DNA of 64,000 nucleotides, from the NCBI GenBank assembly GCA_947452235.1, contig CANGBK010000004.1:7368-71367 (forward strand), given 5' to 3'. The notes under the pieces were generated by a model. The model was not told the origin of the DNA and searched no databases. It saw only the letters and a program-made list of their open reading frames with translations. Below, one piece after another: positions 45,271 through 55,564 of the stretch (position 1 is its first letter; every line of letters starts with the position of its first letter). Origin of the DNA: Micrococcales bacterium. GTDB lineage: Bacteria; Actinomycetota; Actinomycetes; Actinomycetales; Microbacteriaceae. A program made the position numbers and the translations under genes.

Positions 45271-48267
45271 ACTAAAGAACACTCTCTCAAAGACCATTCT
45301 TGATCTTCTTGTGTGGGCTAGGTAGTCCTGCTCTAACTGCGATGCTGAACCTCGAGGATACTCAAGTATTCTCGCCATGCCTTCGAGCTGCCTTCTATCT
45401 GTAGGTAACACATCACTTCTCTTATTGGACCAAAGCACTCCAGCAGATCTGATACGTGAAGAGAGCAACCATGCTTCGGTTAACACTTGTGCGTCATGGG
45501 CGTCAACGATCCCCTCGGAAACTAGAGCGTCCAAGGCGGCCAGTGTCTGCGGAGTTCTTATCTTTGGATGGTTGTTACCGTGCTTTAGTTGCAAGAGTTG
45601 AACCAGCCATTCAACATCGCTTAGCGAGCCTCTACCAAGCTTTAAGTGTCGCTTTGGGTCTGCTCCCTGAGGCAAACGTTCGTTTTCAACTCGGGCCTTG
45701 ATTCTTCTAATCTCTAAGATGTTCTTCTCTTCAAGAACTTCTGGGTAGCGGTAAGCGTCAACCAACGCTGCAAAGTTGCTCATAAACTCTTCTGAACCAT
45801 AGAACATCCTTGCTCGTAACAAAGCTTGGTTCTCCCAGATATCTGCCCAGCGCGCGTAATAAGCCTTATATGACTCTAGAGACCTAGCAATCGGCCCATT
45901 CTTACCTTCTGGCCTTAGATCCATATCTAGTTCAAATTCAAGCTGAGGGTCCTTAGAGAGCCTTCTAATCTCGGAAATAATGAGCTCAGCCGCCTTCTGC
46001 GCAAAGGCAACTGGAACTCCCGGTTTCGGGTCATAAACAAACATCACATCAGCATCACTACCAAATCCAAGTTCACCCCCACCAAATCGCCCCATAGCCA
46101 CGATTCCAAAATCCAGAAGCTCTGAAACCGGCTCGTTGTTGTATTGAAGCTTTGCCAGTAACTCATCAGCCAAAGCGGTTAGGTACCACTGTGTTATGTC
46201 ACTGAGACCTTGTGAGACCTGTTGCATGCTCAGTTCACCAACTACTGCACCCAGAGCCAGTCTCAACGTTTCACGTCTTCGGATGTGTTTGATTGACTTG
46301 GCCAGATCTTCGACCTCCTCATGACGCGAGGCGATCGAATCAGACTGCTGAACTAGTTGCTCTAGCGTTTGAGGATGCAGTTGGTTGACATCTTCAAACC
46401 AGGCAGCTCCTTCAGGGATAAGCTCAAGCAATGCTGTCGCAAGCTTTGATGTTGACAGCGCAGCTGTCATACGTTCGGCTGCACCACTTGAGTCCCTAAG
46501 CATGCGCAGATACCAGTGCGACTCACCTAAGTTTTCACTGAGCCTTCTAAAAGCCAATAGCGCTGCGTCTGGATCTGTTCCTTCAGCAAACCATTGCAAC
46601 AAAACTGGAAGCAGTTGCTTTTGAATTTGAGCTCTTCTTGAAATACCACTAGTCAAAGCCTCGATGTGTGTTTGAGCTCCCTTAGCGTCAAGGAAACCAA
46701 GAGCTGACAGACGGTCTTTGACTTGCTCTTCAGAAAGGGAGAAACCTTCTGAAGATTTTGAAACAGCAACTAACAGCGGTCGATAAAAGATTTTTTGGTG
46801 AAGAGCTCTAACTTCGAGCTTCACCTTGCTCCACATCTCCAGAAGGGAGTCTGCGGTGTATGACACGTCTATGGAACGAGCAACTGCTCTCTGTGAAGCC
46901 TGATCGATAGGCATTAGATGTGTTCTTCTGAGTTGAGTTAGCTGAATGCGATGTTCTAGCAATCTAAGAAATTTGTAATGTTTAGAGAACTCAGCTGCCT
47001 CAGACCTTCCTATGTATCCAGCTCTGGCTAACTGGTCGATAGCAGTAACAGTGTCCGGGGCTCTAACGGATTCATCCGTTTTACCATGAACCAACTGCAA
47101 CAGCTGAACTGTGAACTCAATGTCTCTAAGACCACCTGCACCAAGCTTGATCTGTCGGTCTACTTCATCTGCTGGAATGTTTGCACTGACTCGCTCACGC
47201 ATGGCCTGAACTGATTCAACAAAATTCTCTCTATTACTTGAAGACCAAACTAGTGGTTGAAGCGCATCGAAGTATCGCTTACCAAGTTCAATATCACCTG
47301 CGATTGGATTTGCCTTTAACAGAGCCTGGAATTCCCAGTTCTGAGCCCACTTCGAGTAGTAGGCAAGGTGTGACTCAAGTGTTCTAACTAGCGCACCTGC
47401 TTTACCCTCGGGCCTTAGATTTGCATCGACTTGCCAAAGAGCAGGTTCAGTATTCACAACATCCATAGCTCTCATCATGCGGGTAGCTAGTTTGGTTGCA
47501 ATCTCAAGCATCCGTTCATTTGGAAGAGTGTCGGAGGAACTCTCACCAACAAAAATCACATCAACGTCACTGATGTAGTTGAGCTCTCCAGCCCCGCCTT
47601 TACCCATGCCTATCACTGCCAATCGAGTGTCGGCTATTTCGTCACTGGTGTACGAGCCAAAATCTGAACTTGCAACGAGCTCAGTTCTTGCATATCGCAG
47701 ACCTGCTTCTAATGCTGCGCCAGCAAGATCAGCAAGAGCTCTGGCAATAACCGGCAACCCACTTACTTGGTTGATTTGACTCAAGTCAAAGATTGCAATC
47801 TGCAGAAGATTCGCTCTGTAAATCTTTCTTAGCTCAGAAATCTCTCGAGTTGCATCGAAATTCCTAACGTCTAGCTTTAGTCCTGAGTCAAATGTCTTGT
47901 CATATTCATTTCGAGTAGGAAGTTGTTGAACTGGTTTATCAAATGAATCCAATAGCTCTGGATGACGAAGTATGTAGTCGGCAAGGTTACGAGAAGCTGC
48001 GAGTAATCGAATGAGCCTCAAAGAAGAGTCATCCTTTGAGAGAAGTTTTTTTATCTTCGACTTGTCAATCTCAGCTAACTGAATCAAGCAAAGCAAGGCC
48101 TGGTCAGGATTTGCGGATTTCTCTAATGAAGCTAAAGCAGATCGACCAGAATCACCGACAAGTGCAACCAGTTGGTCAAGTCTTGAAATGGTTGCTTCGA
48201 GATCCGTGAAACCAAACCGAGCAAGCGCAGATAGCGTCTGAGTCGGTTTGGATTCAGATGATGCCAT
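45268..48267 (-). CDS. glnE: Bifunctional glutamine synthetase adenylyltransferase/adenylyl-removing enzyme
   Basis: 999 aa with two nucleotidyltransferase domains (GMGKGGAGELNYISDVDVIFV and AMGRFGGGELGFGSDADVMFV). The start overlaps the glnA2 stop (TAATG). Confidence 0.94.
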   Translation of the reverse strand: MASSESKPTQTLSALARFGFTDLEATISRLDQLVALVGDSGRSALASLEKSANPDQALLCLIQLAEIDKSKIKKLLSKDDSSLRLIRLLAASRNLADYILRHPELLDSFDKPVQQLPTRNEYDKTFDSGLKLDVRNFDATREISELRKIYRANLLQIAIFDLSQINQVSGLPVIARALADLAGAALEAGLRYARTELVASSDFGSYTSDEIADTRLAVIGMGKGGAGELNYISDVDVIFVGESSSDTLPNERMLEIATKLATRMMRAMDVVNTEPALWQVDANLRPEGKAGALVRTLESHLAYYSKWAQNWEFQALLKANPIAGDIELGKRYFDALQPLVWSSSNRENFVESVQAMRERVSANIPADEVDRQIKLGAGGLRDIEFTVQLLQLVHGKTDESVRAPDTVTAIDQLARAGYIGRSEAAEFSKHYKFLRLLEHRIQLTQLRRTHLMPIDQASQRAVARSIDVSYTADSLLEMWSKVKLEVRALHQKIFYRPLLVAVSKSSEGFSLSEEQVKDRLSALGFLDAKGAQTHIEALTSGISRRAQIQKQLLPVLLQWFAEGTDPDAALLAFRRLSENLGESHWYLRMLRDSSGAAERMTAALSTSKLATALLELIPEGAAWFEDVNQLHPQTLEQLVQQSDSIASRHEEVEDLAKSIKHIRRRETLRLALGAVVGELSMQQVSQGLSDITQWYLTALADELLAKLQYNNEPVSELLDFGIVAMGRFGGGELGFGSDADVMFVYDPKPGVPVAFAQKAAELIISEIRRLSKDPQLEFELDMDLRPEGKNGPIARSLESYKAYYARWADIWENQALLRARMFYGSEEFMSNFAALVDAYRYPEVLEEKNILEIRRIKARVENERLPQGADPKRHLKLGRGSLSDVEWLVQLLQLKHGNNHPKIRTPQTLAALDALVSEGIVDAHDAQVLTEAWLLSSRIRSAGVLWSNKRSDVLPTDRRQLEGMARILEYPRGSASQLEQDYLAHTRRSRMVFERVFFS

Positions 48268-49604
48268 TAGAGAACTTCGAGGTTAGTCTTCAATTCGTAA
48301 GGCGTTACCTGTGCTCGGTAATCACTCCACTCGCGTCGCTTATTAGCCAAAACGTAGCTATAAACCTGCTCACCTAGAACTTCTGCTGCCAATTCTGATT
48401 CTTCTAGCTTTCGAATAGCGTGTTCGAGATTCTGCGGAAGCGGTTGAATACCCATGGCCCTTCTCTCAGAGTCAGAGAGATCCCAAACGTTATCTTCAGT
48501 CTCAGCAGGAAGTTCGTAGCCTTCCTCAATACCTTTTAGACCTGCAGCAAGAATCAATGCATAAGAAAGATATGGGTTGGCCGCTGAATCAATAGCGCGA
48601 TATTCAATTCGTGCTGATTGTGATTTGTTTGGCTTATACAAAGGAACTCGGATCAGGGCCGAACGGTTGTTGTGACCCCAGCAAACAAATGAAGGTGCTT
48701 CACCGCCGCCCCAAAGTCTTTTATAAGAGTTCACATACTGGTTTGTAACTGCCGTAATCTCACCAGCATGCCTTAGCAGACCAGCAATGAAACTCTTAGC
48801 GGTTTTAGATAAGTGGTACTGACCGGAAGCATCAAAGAATGCGTTGGTGTCCCCCTCGAATAGGGACATGTGGGTGTGCATGCCTGAACCTGGGTGCTCA
48901 GTGAAAGGTTTAGGCATGAACGTTGCATAAACACCTTGCTCAATGGCTACCTCTTTGATTACGGTTCTGAAAGTCATGATGTTATCCGCGGTAGTTAGTG
49001 CATCGGCGTAACGAAGATCAATCTCGTTCTGACCTGGACCACCTTCGTGGTGACTGAATTCAACGGAGATGCCTAGTTGTTCCAACATGCTAACCGCACG
49101 ACGTCTAAAATCGTGTGCTGTTCCGCCTGGCACGTTGTCGAAGTATCCAGCCTTATCAACCGGAATAGGGCCTTCTGGGCCTAGCTGAGCACTCTTTAGA
49201 AGGTAAAACTCGATCTCAGGGTGAGTATAGAAACTAAAACCCATAGAGGCTGCTTTATCCAAGGCCCTTCGAAGAACGTTTCTAGGGTCAGCGGCAGCCG
49301 GAACACCATCAGGTGTTGTGATGTCGCAGAACATTCGCGCGGTTGGGTCAATTTCCCCACGCCAAGGCAAAATTTGGAAGGTTGAAGGGTCTGGTTGGGC
49401 AAGCATGTCAGCTTCGTAAGATCTGGCTAGACCTTCGATAGCAGAACCATCAAAACCGATACCTTCAGCAAAAGCGTTTTCAATTTCAGCAGGTGCAATG
49501 GCAACTGATTTCAGGGTTCCAGCCACGTCAGTGAACCAAAGTCTCACAAATTTGACGTTACGTTCCTCGATGGTTCGAAGAACAAAATCGCGCTGTTTGT
49601 CCAT
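48267..49604 (-). CDS. glnA: Glutamine synthetase family protein (GlnA2-type)
   Basis: 445-aa GS-I-like protein (FDGSAIEG, GSGMHTHMS, NRSALIRVP) without the adenylylation loop. The glnA2-glnE order matches mycobacteria and Streptomyces. Confidence 0.9.
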   Translation of the reverse strand: MDKQRDFVLRTIEERNVKFVRLWFTDVAGTLKSVAIAPAEIENAFAEGIGFDGSAIEGLARSYEADMLAQPDPSTFQILPWRGEIDPTARMFCDITTPDGVPAAADPRNVLRRALDKAASMGFSFYTHPEIEFYLLKSAQLGPEGPIPVDKAGYFDNVPGGTAHDFRRRAVSMLEQLGISVEFSHHEGGPGQNEIDLRYADALTTADNIMTFRTVIKEVAIEQGVYATFMPKPFTEHPGSGMHTHMSLFEGDTNAFFDASGQYHLSKTAKSFIAGLLRHAGEITAVTNQYVNSYKRLWGGGEAPSFVCWGHNNRSALIRVPLYKPNKSQSARIEYRAIDSAANPYLSYALILAAGLKGIEEGYELPAETEDNVWDLSDSERRAMGIQPLPQNLEHAIRKLEESELAAEVLGEQVYSYVLANKRREWSDYRAQVTPYELKTNLEVL

Positions 49605-49637
49605 GAATAATGCCTTTCGCTGTCAACTACTAGGCTA

Positions 49638-51299
49638 GTGGTTGTGTCAAAAGTTCGCCTAGCCCTCACACAGACCAACCCGACCGTTGGTGATATTCAG
49701 GGCAACCTTAAAGCCATCGTTTCGAACATTGACGAAGCTATAAAACAAGGCGCAAACTTAGTACTTTTCGGGGAAATGGCTCTAACCGGATACCCTATTG
49801 AAGATCTAGCCACCCGTGAATCGTTCCTTCTAGAAGCCGAAAAGGCAGTCAAGGAATTAACACAGATTTTACAAAACCCGAGCTATAAAGACCTCACAGT
49901 AGTCATTGGCCACCCGGCTCTAACTAAAGCTAACGAAACCCATGGTTGGGCTATCGCTCAAAACTGCGCAACTGTTATTCAGTCTGGCCAAATCATCGGC
50001 AGATATGCCAAACACCACCTTCCAAACTATTCAGTCTTTGATGAATACAGAGTGTTTGTTCCAGGCAACGAGCTTCTGACCTTTGAACTAAACGGTCTGA
50101 AATTCTCAACGGTTATCTGTGAGGACATTTGGCAATCTGGTGGTCCTGTTGCAGAGCTATCAAAGAATAAAACTGACGTGACATTGATTCTCAACGGGTC
50201 ACCCTTTGAGATTGATAAAGACGATCGAAGACTTTCACTTGTTTCGGAACTTTCTAAAAAGCACAGCTGCGCTGCCGTCTACCTGAACCTAGTTGGCGGC
50301 CAGGACGATTTAGTCTTTGATGGTGACAGCATCGTGGTCGATAGTAAAGCAAGGCTTGTTGCCAGAGCAAAGCAATTCAAAACTGATTTAGTTCTGCTAG
50401 ACATAAACGACAAAGATGACATTTCAGTCGTAGGTGAGCATCACCTAACCAAGCCAAATGACAATTGGCAAATTTGGAATGCTTTGGTTTTAGGTCTTCG
50501 TGATTACGTTCAGAAAAATGGTTTCAAATCGGTTGTTCTAGGTCTATCTGGTGGAATTGACTCTGCTGTGTGTGCAACTATTGCAGCCGATGCTATAGGT
50601 GCACAAAATGTCTTTGGAGTTTCAATGCCATCTAGATACTCATCTGATGGTTCTAAAGATGATGCACTTGATCTTGCCGATCGTCGTGGAATCAATTACC
50701 AAGTTCAATCAATCGAAAACCTGGTCAAACCTTTTGAAACACAACTAGAGCTAGCTGATCTTTCCGCAGAGAACTTGCAAGCAAGGGTTCGTGGGGTGAT
50801 CTTGATGAGCCTGAGCAACAAGTATGGAATGCTAACTCTGACCACAGGAAACAAAACTGAACTAGCTGTTGGCTACTCAACAATGTATGGAGACACCGTG
50901 GGTGGGTATGCTCCAATCAAAGATGTTGAGAAGACTTTAGTCTGGGAATTAGCGAAGTGGCGTAACGAATATGCCAAATCACGCAACGAAGTTGAACCAA
51001 TTCCAGAAAGCTCAATTGAGAAACCACCTTCAGCTGAACTAAGACCAGATCAGGTCGATCAGGATTCATTGCCTCCGTACGATGTTCTCGATGCCATCCT
51101 GGACGCCTATGTCAATAAACGTAAATCAACTAAAGAAATCATCAGCTTTGGTTTCGATGAAGCCCTGGTAAATAAGGTTCTAGCTTTGGTTGATAGGGCC
51201 GAATGGAAACGACGCCAAGGAGCTATAGGTCCAAAGATTACGGGTATGGCTTTTGGTCGAGACAGAAGACTTCCAATAACAAACAAATTCAAGGGATAA
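49638..51299 (+). CDS. nadE: Glutamine-dependent NAD+ synthetase
   Basis: An N-terminal nitrilase-like domain (FGEMALTGYP, VICEDIW catalytic Cys) and a C-terminal NAD synthetase domain (LGLSGGIDSAV P-loop). Confidence 0.93.
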   Translation: MVVSKVRLALTQTNPTVGDIQGNLKAIVSNIDEAIKQGANLVLFGEMALTGYPIEDLATRESFLLEAEKAVKELTQILQNPSYKDLTVVIGHPALTKANETHGWAIAQNCATVIQSGQIIGRYAKHHLPNYSVFDEYRVFVPGNELLTFELNGLKFSTVICEDIWQSGGPVAELSKNKTDVTLILNGSPFEIDKDDRRLSLVSELSKKHSCAAVYLNLVGGQDDLVFDGDSIVVDSKARLVARAKQFKTDLVLLDINDKDDISVVGEHHLTKPNDNWQIWNALVLGLRDYVQKNGFKSVVLGLSGGIDSAVCATIAADAIGAQNVFGVSMPSRYSSDGSKDDALDLADRRGINYQVQSIENLVKPFETQLELADLSAENLQARVRGVILMSLSNKYGMLTLTTGNKTELAVGYSTMYGDTVGGYAPIKDVEKTLVWELAKWRNEYAKSRNEVEPIPESSIEKPPSAELRPDQVDQDSLPPYDVLDAILDAYVNKRKSTKEIISFGFDEALVNKVLALVDRAEWKRRQGAIGPKITGMAFGRDRRLPITNKFKG

Positions 51300-51302
51300 C
51301 AA

Positions 51303-52115
51303 TTGAACGAGATTTCACCGAAACTCATCAGAACAAGCACTTTAGCTCAGTTCAAAGCCGAAGGGCGTAAGTTCTCCTGCCTAACTTCTTACGATGTTCT
51401 AACCGCAGGCATCTTTGATGAAGCAGGCATTGAAGTTTTACTTGTTGGTGATTCAGCTGCTGATAATGCACTAGGTTACGAGACCACTCTCCCGATCACC
51501 GTTGATGAGATTATTCCTTTTGGTCGAGCAGTAGTTAAAGGAAGTCATCGTTCACTAGTGGTTGTTGACATGCCATTCGGTTCCTACGAGCAAGGACCCG
51601 AGTTAGCTCTAGAGAATGCAATCAAGATCATGAAGCAAACTGGTGCAAGCTCAGTGAAGCTTGAAGGTGGAGAGCGATCCATCGAGCAGATCAAGGCCAT
51701 TACAACCGCGGGTATTCCAGTTATGGCTCACATTGGTTTCACACCACAATCAATTCACAACCTTGGCGGATTCAAAGTTCAAGGTCGCGGTGAAGGTGAA
51801 GAACAACTTATAGCTGATGCATTGGCAGTCCAAGAAGCGGGAGCATATGCAGTCGTTCTTGAATTGGTTCCTCAGGCTATTGCAACCAAACTAACTGGGA
51901 TGCTGAGCATTCCTACTATCGGTATTGGCGCAGGTAGTGGAACTGATGGTCAAATTCTTGTTTGGACAGACTTTGCAGGGCTTTATCCAGGTAAGCCACG
52001 TAAGTTTGTGAAACAGTATGCAAACCTAAGGCAAACCCTACTTAGTGCTGCAACTGAGTACCGCAATGAAGTTTCAACAGGAAGCTTCCCTGGCCCTGAG
52101 AATTCACACGACTAG
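51303..52115 (+). CDS. panB: 3-methyl-2-oxobutanoate hydroxymethyltransferase
   Basis: LLVGDSA, VVDMPFGSY, VKLEGG and MAHIGFTPQS motifs. TTG start 3 nt after the nadE stop. Confidence 0.93.
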   Translation: MNEISPKLIRTSTLAQFKAEGRKFSCLTSYDVLTAGIFDEAGIEVLLVGDSAADNALGYETTLPITVDEIIPFGRAVVKGSHRSLVVVDMPFGSYEQGPELALENAIKIMKQTGASSVKLEGGERSIEQIKAITTAGIPVMAHIGFTPQSIHNLGGFKVQGRGEGEEQLIADALAVQEAGAYAVVLELVPQAIATKLTGMLSIPTIGIGAGSGTDGQILVWTDFAGLYPGKPRKFVKQYANLRQTLLSAATEYRNEVSTGSFPGPENSHD

Positions 52116-52348
52116 TCGTTTTCTTGTTCCTCTTGCCAATCTTCAGATCTCTTAGCCAGAGTTTCTAAAGCGAGCTCCGCTTCAGCTCTAGTCTTGAACG
52201 GGCCGATGCGATAGAAAGCTAGGCTCTGTTTGCCCTCTTCAACTTGACCGGTTTTAGTGTTAAACCAGTACTCTTGCTCTTCGATGATGAACTCCTGACG
52301 CGTTTCATTCAAGAGCCTACTAGCACTCTCAAAATAGACTCTAACCAT
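52112..52348 (-). CDS. Small acidic hypothetical protein
   Basis: 78-aa ORF with the core [46 protein letters not shown]. This resembles a small conserved actinobacterial protein found next to map (from memory). The start may be TTG 52312 rather than ATG 52348. Confidence 0.5.
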   Translation of the reverse strand: MVRVYFESASRLLNETRQEFIIEEQEYWFNTKTGQVEEGKQSLAFYRIGPFKTRAEAELALETLAKRSEDWQEEQEND

Positions 52349-53216
52349 GCCTAGAGACAGTAAAACCGGTTACCTAACACCTGGAATTGTCTCCCCTGCA
52401 CTTCAAGTTCCTCAGAGTATTGCAAGACCCGAATACGTAGGTAAAGCGGCTCCAACACCTTGGACTAAAGGTGATGTTAAAACTCCAGAGCAGATAGAGA
52501 AAATCAGAAAGTCTGGAAAGCTGGCAGCCCAAGCCATTGAACTGGTTGGTAGAAATGCTGTTCCTGGCATCACTACAGATGAGCTGGACAAGATAGCCCA
52601 CAAGTTTCTTATAGACAATGGGGCATACCCATCAACCCTTGGCTATCGAGGATATCCAAAATCAATATGTTCTTCGATAAACGAGATCATCTGTCATGGC
52701 ATACCCGATAACACTGTCCTAGAAGATGGTGACATCATCAACATCGACATCACCGCATACCTTGACGGTTTCCATGGTGATAGCAACCAAACATTCCTAG
52801 TTGGCGATGTTAAAGAAGAAGTTAAGTTACTGGTGGATCGAACCAGAGAAGCGCTAGCTAGAGGTATCGCTGCTTGCGCTCCGGGTAGAGCGGTGAACCT
52901 TATTGGTCGAACCATTGAAGCATATGCAAAACGATTCAACTATGGTGTTGTAAAAGATTTCACAGGTCATGGAATTGGTGAGAGTTTTCACAGCGGTCTA
53001 ATCATCCCGCATTATGATTCAGCTCCGATGTATGGAGACATTATGGAAGTTGGCATGGTCTTCACTATTGAACCGATGCTTACACTTGGAACCCACCAGT
53101 GGACCATGTGGCCGGATGGTTGGACAGTTGCCACTAAAGATCACAGCATCACAGCCCAGTTTGAACACACTATCGTTATCACCGAAACCGGTGCAGAGAT
53201 ACTTACGTTGGCCTAA
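52347..53216 (+). CDS. map: Type I methionine aminopeptidase (N-terminally extended, MapB-like)
   Basis: The N-terminus [24 protein letters not shown] parallels mycobacterial MapB. Metal ligands are present ([28 protein letters not shown]). Confidence 0.94.
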   Translation: MPRDSKTGYLTPGIVSPALQVPQSIARPEYVGKAAPTPWTKGDVKTPEQIEKIRKSGKLAAQAIELVGRNAVPGITTDELDKIAHKFLIDNGAYPSTLGYRGYPKSICSSINEIICHGIPDNTVLEDGDIINIDITAYLDGFHGDSNQTFLVGDVKEEVKLLVDRTREALARGIAACAPGRAVNLIGRTIEAYAKRFNYGVVKDFTGHGIGESFHSGLIIPHYDSAPMYGDIMEVGMVFTIEPMLTLGTHQWTMWPDGWTVATKDHSITAQFEHTIVITETGAEILTLA

Positions 53217-53225
53217 GGAGCAGAT

Positions 53226-53981
53226 ATGAGCAAACGTGCAATTGGAATAGACATCGGTGGAACCGGTATAAAAGGCGCACTGGTTGATGTTAAGAAGGGA
53301 AAGCTTCTTTCGGAACGTCTCCGATTCGAGACTCCAAAAGGTGGAACTCCTCACGGCGTTGCCGAAACACTTAAAGAACTGATCAGTCAACTACCTAACG
53401 CAGAAGGTTTGCCTGTTGGAATTTGCTTTCCATCGGTCGTCAAAAACGGTGTGACTATGTCTGCGGCCAATGTTTCAAAAGAGTGGATTGGTTTAGATGC
53501 GGATCACCTATTTGAGAAGGAATTAAAAAGAACGGTGCACGTTCTAAATGATGCAGACGCAGCTGGTCTGGCTGAAGCCAAATACGGTGCTGCAAAGAAT
53601 GTAAAGGGCTTAGTCGTTTTGACTACTTTAGGAACAGGAATTGGAACAGCCCTAATTCATAACGGAAAGCTAATTCCAAATGCTGAGCTAGGCCACCTTC
53701 AAATTGATGGAGTTGATTACGAATCAATGGCTGCATACTCAGCCAAGGAACGCGAAGGTTTAACCTTCAACCAGTGGGCTAAGCGCCTCCAGAAGTATTA
53801 CTCAACTCTTGAGGCACTCCTGTCCCCTGATCTTTTTATTGTTGGTGGCGGAATCTCTAAGGAACATGAATCGTTCTTACCGTTACTCAAACTCAAGACA
53901 GCCATAATTCCTGCTGAAAACAGAAACAGCGCCGGAATTCTTGGTGCTGCCTACTGGGCTAAGAAGCACACAGTCGACTAA
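53226..53981 (+). CDS. ppgK: Polyphosphate/ATP glucokinase (ROK family)
   Basis: IGIDIGGTGIKGALVD N-terminal ATPase motif, NDADAAGLAE, LTLGTGIGTAL, 251 aa. Confidence 0.88.
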   Translation: MSKRAIGIDIGGTGIKGALVDVKKGKLLSERLRFETPKGGTPHGVAETLKELISQLPNAEGLPVGICFPSVVKNGVTMSAANVSKEWIGLDADHLFEKELKRTVHVLNDADAAGLAEAKYGAAKNVKGLVVLTTLGTGIGTALIHNGKLIPNAELGHLQIDGVDYESMAAYSAKEREGLTFNQWAKRLQKYYSTLEALLSPDLFIVGGGISKEHESFLPLLKLKTAIIPAENRNSAGILGAAYWAKKHTVD

Positions 53982-53986
53982 AGAAG

Positions 53987-54339
53987 TTGGATGGGTCGGC
54001 CGATACGCCGGGTTCTGTCCCCTACGGTGACGGTCATCTATCTAGCGACATTGTTACCAATGCCCTCAAGCGGTCTACCCGAAGACTCGAGCGAGCAGCT
54101 CTCAAACGTCTTCTATCTGACCTTGCTCCAAGCGAGGTTTACATAGCTGTCTTAGTTGCCTAAAACACTGGTGGTCTCTTACACCACCGTTTCACCCTTA
54201 CCAGTTGCCTGGCGGTTTACTTTCTGTTGCACTATCTTGCGGTTTACACCGAGTGGGTATTACCCACCGCTTCGCTCTGAGGAGCCCGGACGTTCCTCGT
54301 CAGTTTTACCTGCCGCGACCGTCTAGCCGACCCTTCCAA
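53987..54339 (-). ncRNA. rnpB: RNase P RNA, bacterial type A
   Basis: The minus strand contains GAGGAACGTCCGGGCTCC (P4 5' strand), GTGCAACAGAAAGTAAACCGCC, GGTAAGGGTGAAACGGTGGTGTAAGAGACCACCAG and ACAGAACCCGGCGTA (P4 3' strand). P1 pairs TTGGAAGGGTCGGC (5' end) with GCCGACCCATCCAA (3' end). Confidence 0.93.
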
Positions 54340-54376
54340 GTTCAAGGTTAACCTAAACCGAAGGGTTTATAAAGAG

Positions 54377-55564
54377 CTATTGATGACCACAGTAGTTGGT
54401 GCAGGTAACCTCTGCTGCTTCTTCGCCCCAGAAACGCAATACGCTCATGGAGCAAGGCGCAACTGAGATTCTCCAGTATGAAGGCCAATCGGAAGCAAAG
54501 GCAGTCTTGATGAACCCTCTTATGGGCATCACGTGAGAAACAACAATGACAGTTTGACCTGCATACTTACTAAGAATTCTCTTACGACCTTCTTGGACGC
54601 GCTTGTCGAATTCTTCGAGTGATTCACCGCCGCCGGGAGGTGCAATTCTTATGTCACCTTTCCAAGCCTCAAATTGTTCTGGCCACTTCTGCTGAACTTG
54701 AGCGTTGGTATGACCATCCCATTCACCGAAACTAATCTCAGCGATGTCCTGTTCAACTTCAACAGGCAAGCCGAGTTGCTTTCCAATGATCTCCGCTGTT
54801 TCTCTAGTTCGCCTAATTGGTGAACTAACAATTACTGAAGCTGCTTCAACACTCGATAGGAAGCCAGTTACGCCAACTTTCAGAAGTTCTGCAGCAACAT
54901 TACTTGCGTCCAAAATCCCAAGCTCGGATAACTGAGGATCTTCACCGCCACGCCCTGACAGGCGATGAGATTCCGTTAGAGCAGTTCGACCGTGACGTAC
55001 CAAAATCAAGGTTGTTAGCGGAGATTTGACGTTCTTAGGCGCTCTGACTGAACTAGGCAGAGTTGAGTTGTATTCAAGAGTGGAAGCAGATTCACCTGTT
55101 GAGATAACTGATATCGACTGTGTGTCATTTGAAGAAACGAACTTACGAACCACACTCGTTTCAGCGTCCATTGCTTCATTGGCTAGAGCGTCAGCTCTCG
55201 TGTTCTGCTCACGAGGAATCCATTCGAAATCAACTTGCCGATTACCAATGGCTTTAGCAACTAAAACTGAGAGTTCACTCATTGAGTCATGTTTGATCTT
55301 CCAACGACCTGACATTTGTTCAACGACGAGCTTGCTATCCATGCGAACATGGAGTCTCACCTCAGGAGCAATTTCATTAGCCAATTCAATTGCTGCAAGA
55401 ACAGCTCGATACTCAGCAACGTTGTTTGTTGCAACACCGATGTATAGAGCGATTTCACCGAGCACTGCTCCGGTTACAGAATCTATAAGAATTGCGCCAG
55501 AGCCTGCAGATCCGGGATTTCCTCTTGAGCCACCATCAGCTTCGATAATTACTGGATTATTCAT
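54377..55564 (-). CDS. Bifunctional RNase H / histidine (acid) phosphatase family protein
   Basis: An N-terminal RNase HI domain (IIEADGGSRGNPG, NNVAEY, NTRADALAN) and a C-terminal histidine phosphatase domain (LVRHGRT, VVSHV). The start is refined to ATG 55564 in an ATGA overlap with the upstream stop. Rv2228c-like architecture (from memory). Confidence 0.87.
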   Translation of the reverse strand: MNNPVIIEADGGSRGNPGSAGSGAILIDSVTGAVLGEIALYIGVATNNVAEYRAVLAAIELANEIAPEVRLHVRMDSKLVVEQMSGRWKIKHDSMSELSVLVAKAIGNRQVDFEWIPREQNTRADALANEAMDAETSVVRKFVSSNDTQSISVISTGESASTLEYNSTLPSSVRAPKNVKSPLTTLILVRHGRTALTESHRLSGRGGEDPQLSELGILDASNVAAELLKVGVTGFLSSVEAASVIVSSPIRRTRETAEIIGKQLGLPVEVEQDIAEISFGEWDGHTNAQVQQKWPEQFEAWKGDIRIAPPGGGESLEEFDKRVQEGRKRILSKYAGQTVIVVSHVMPIRGFIKTAFASDWPSYWRISVAPCSMSVLRFWGEEAAEVTCTNYCGHQ

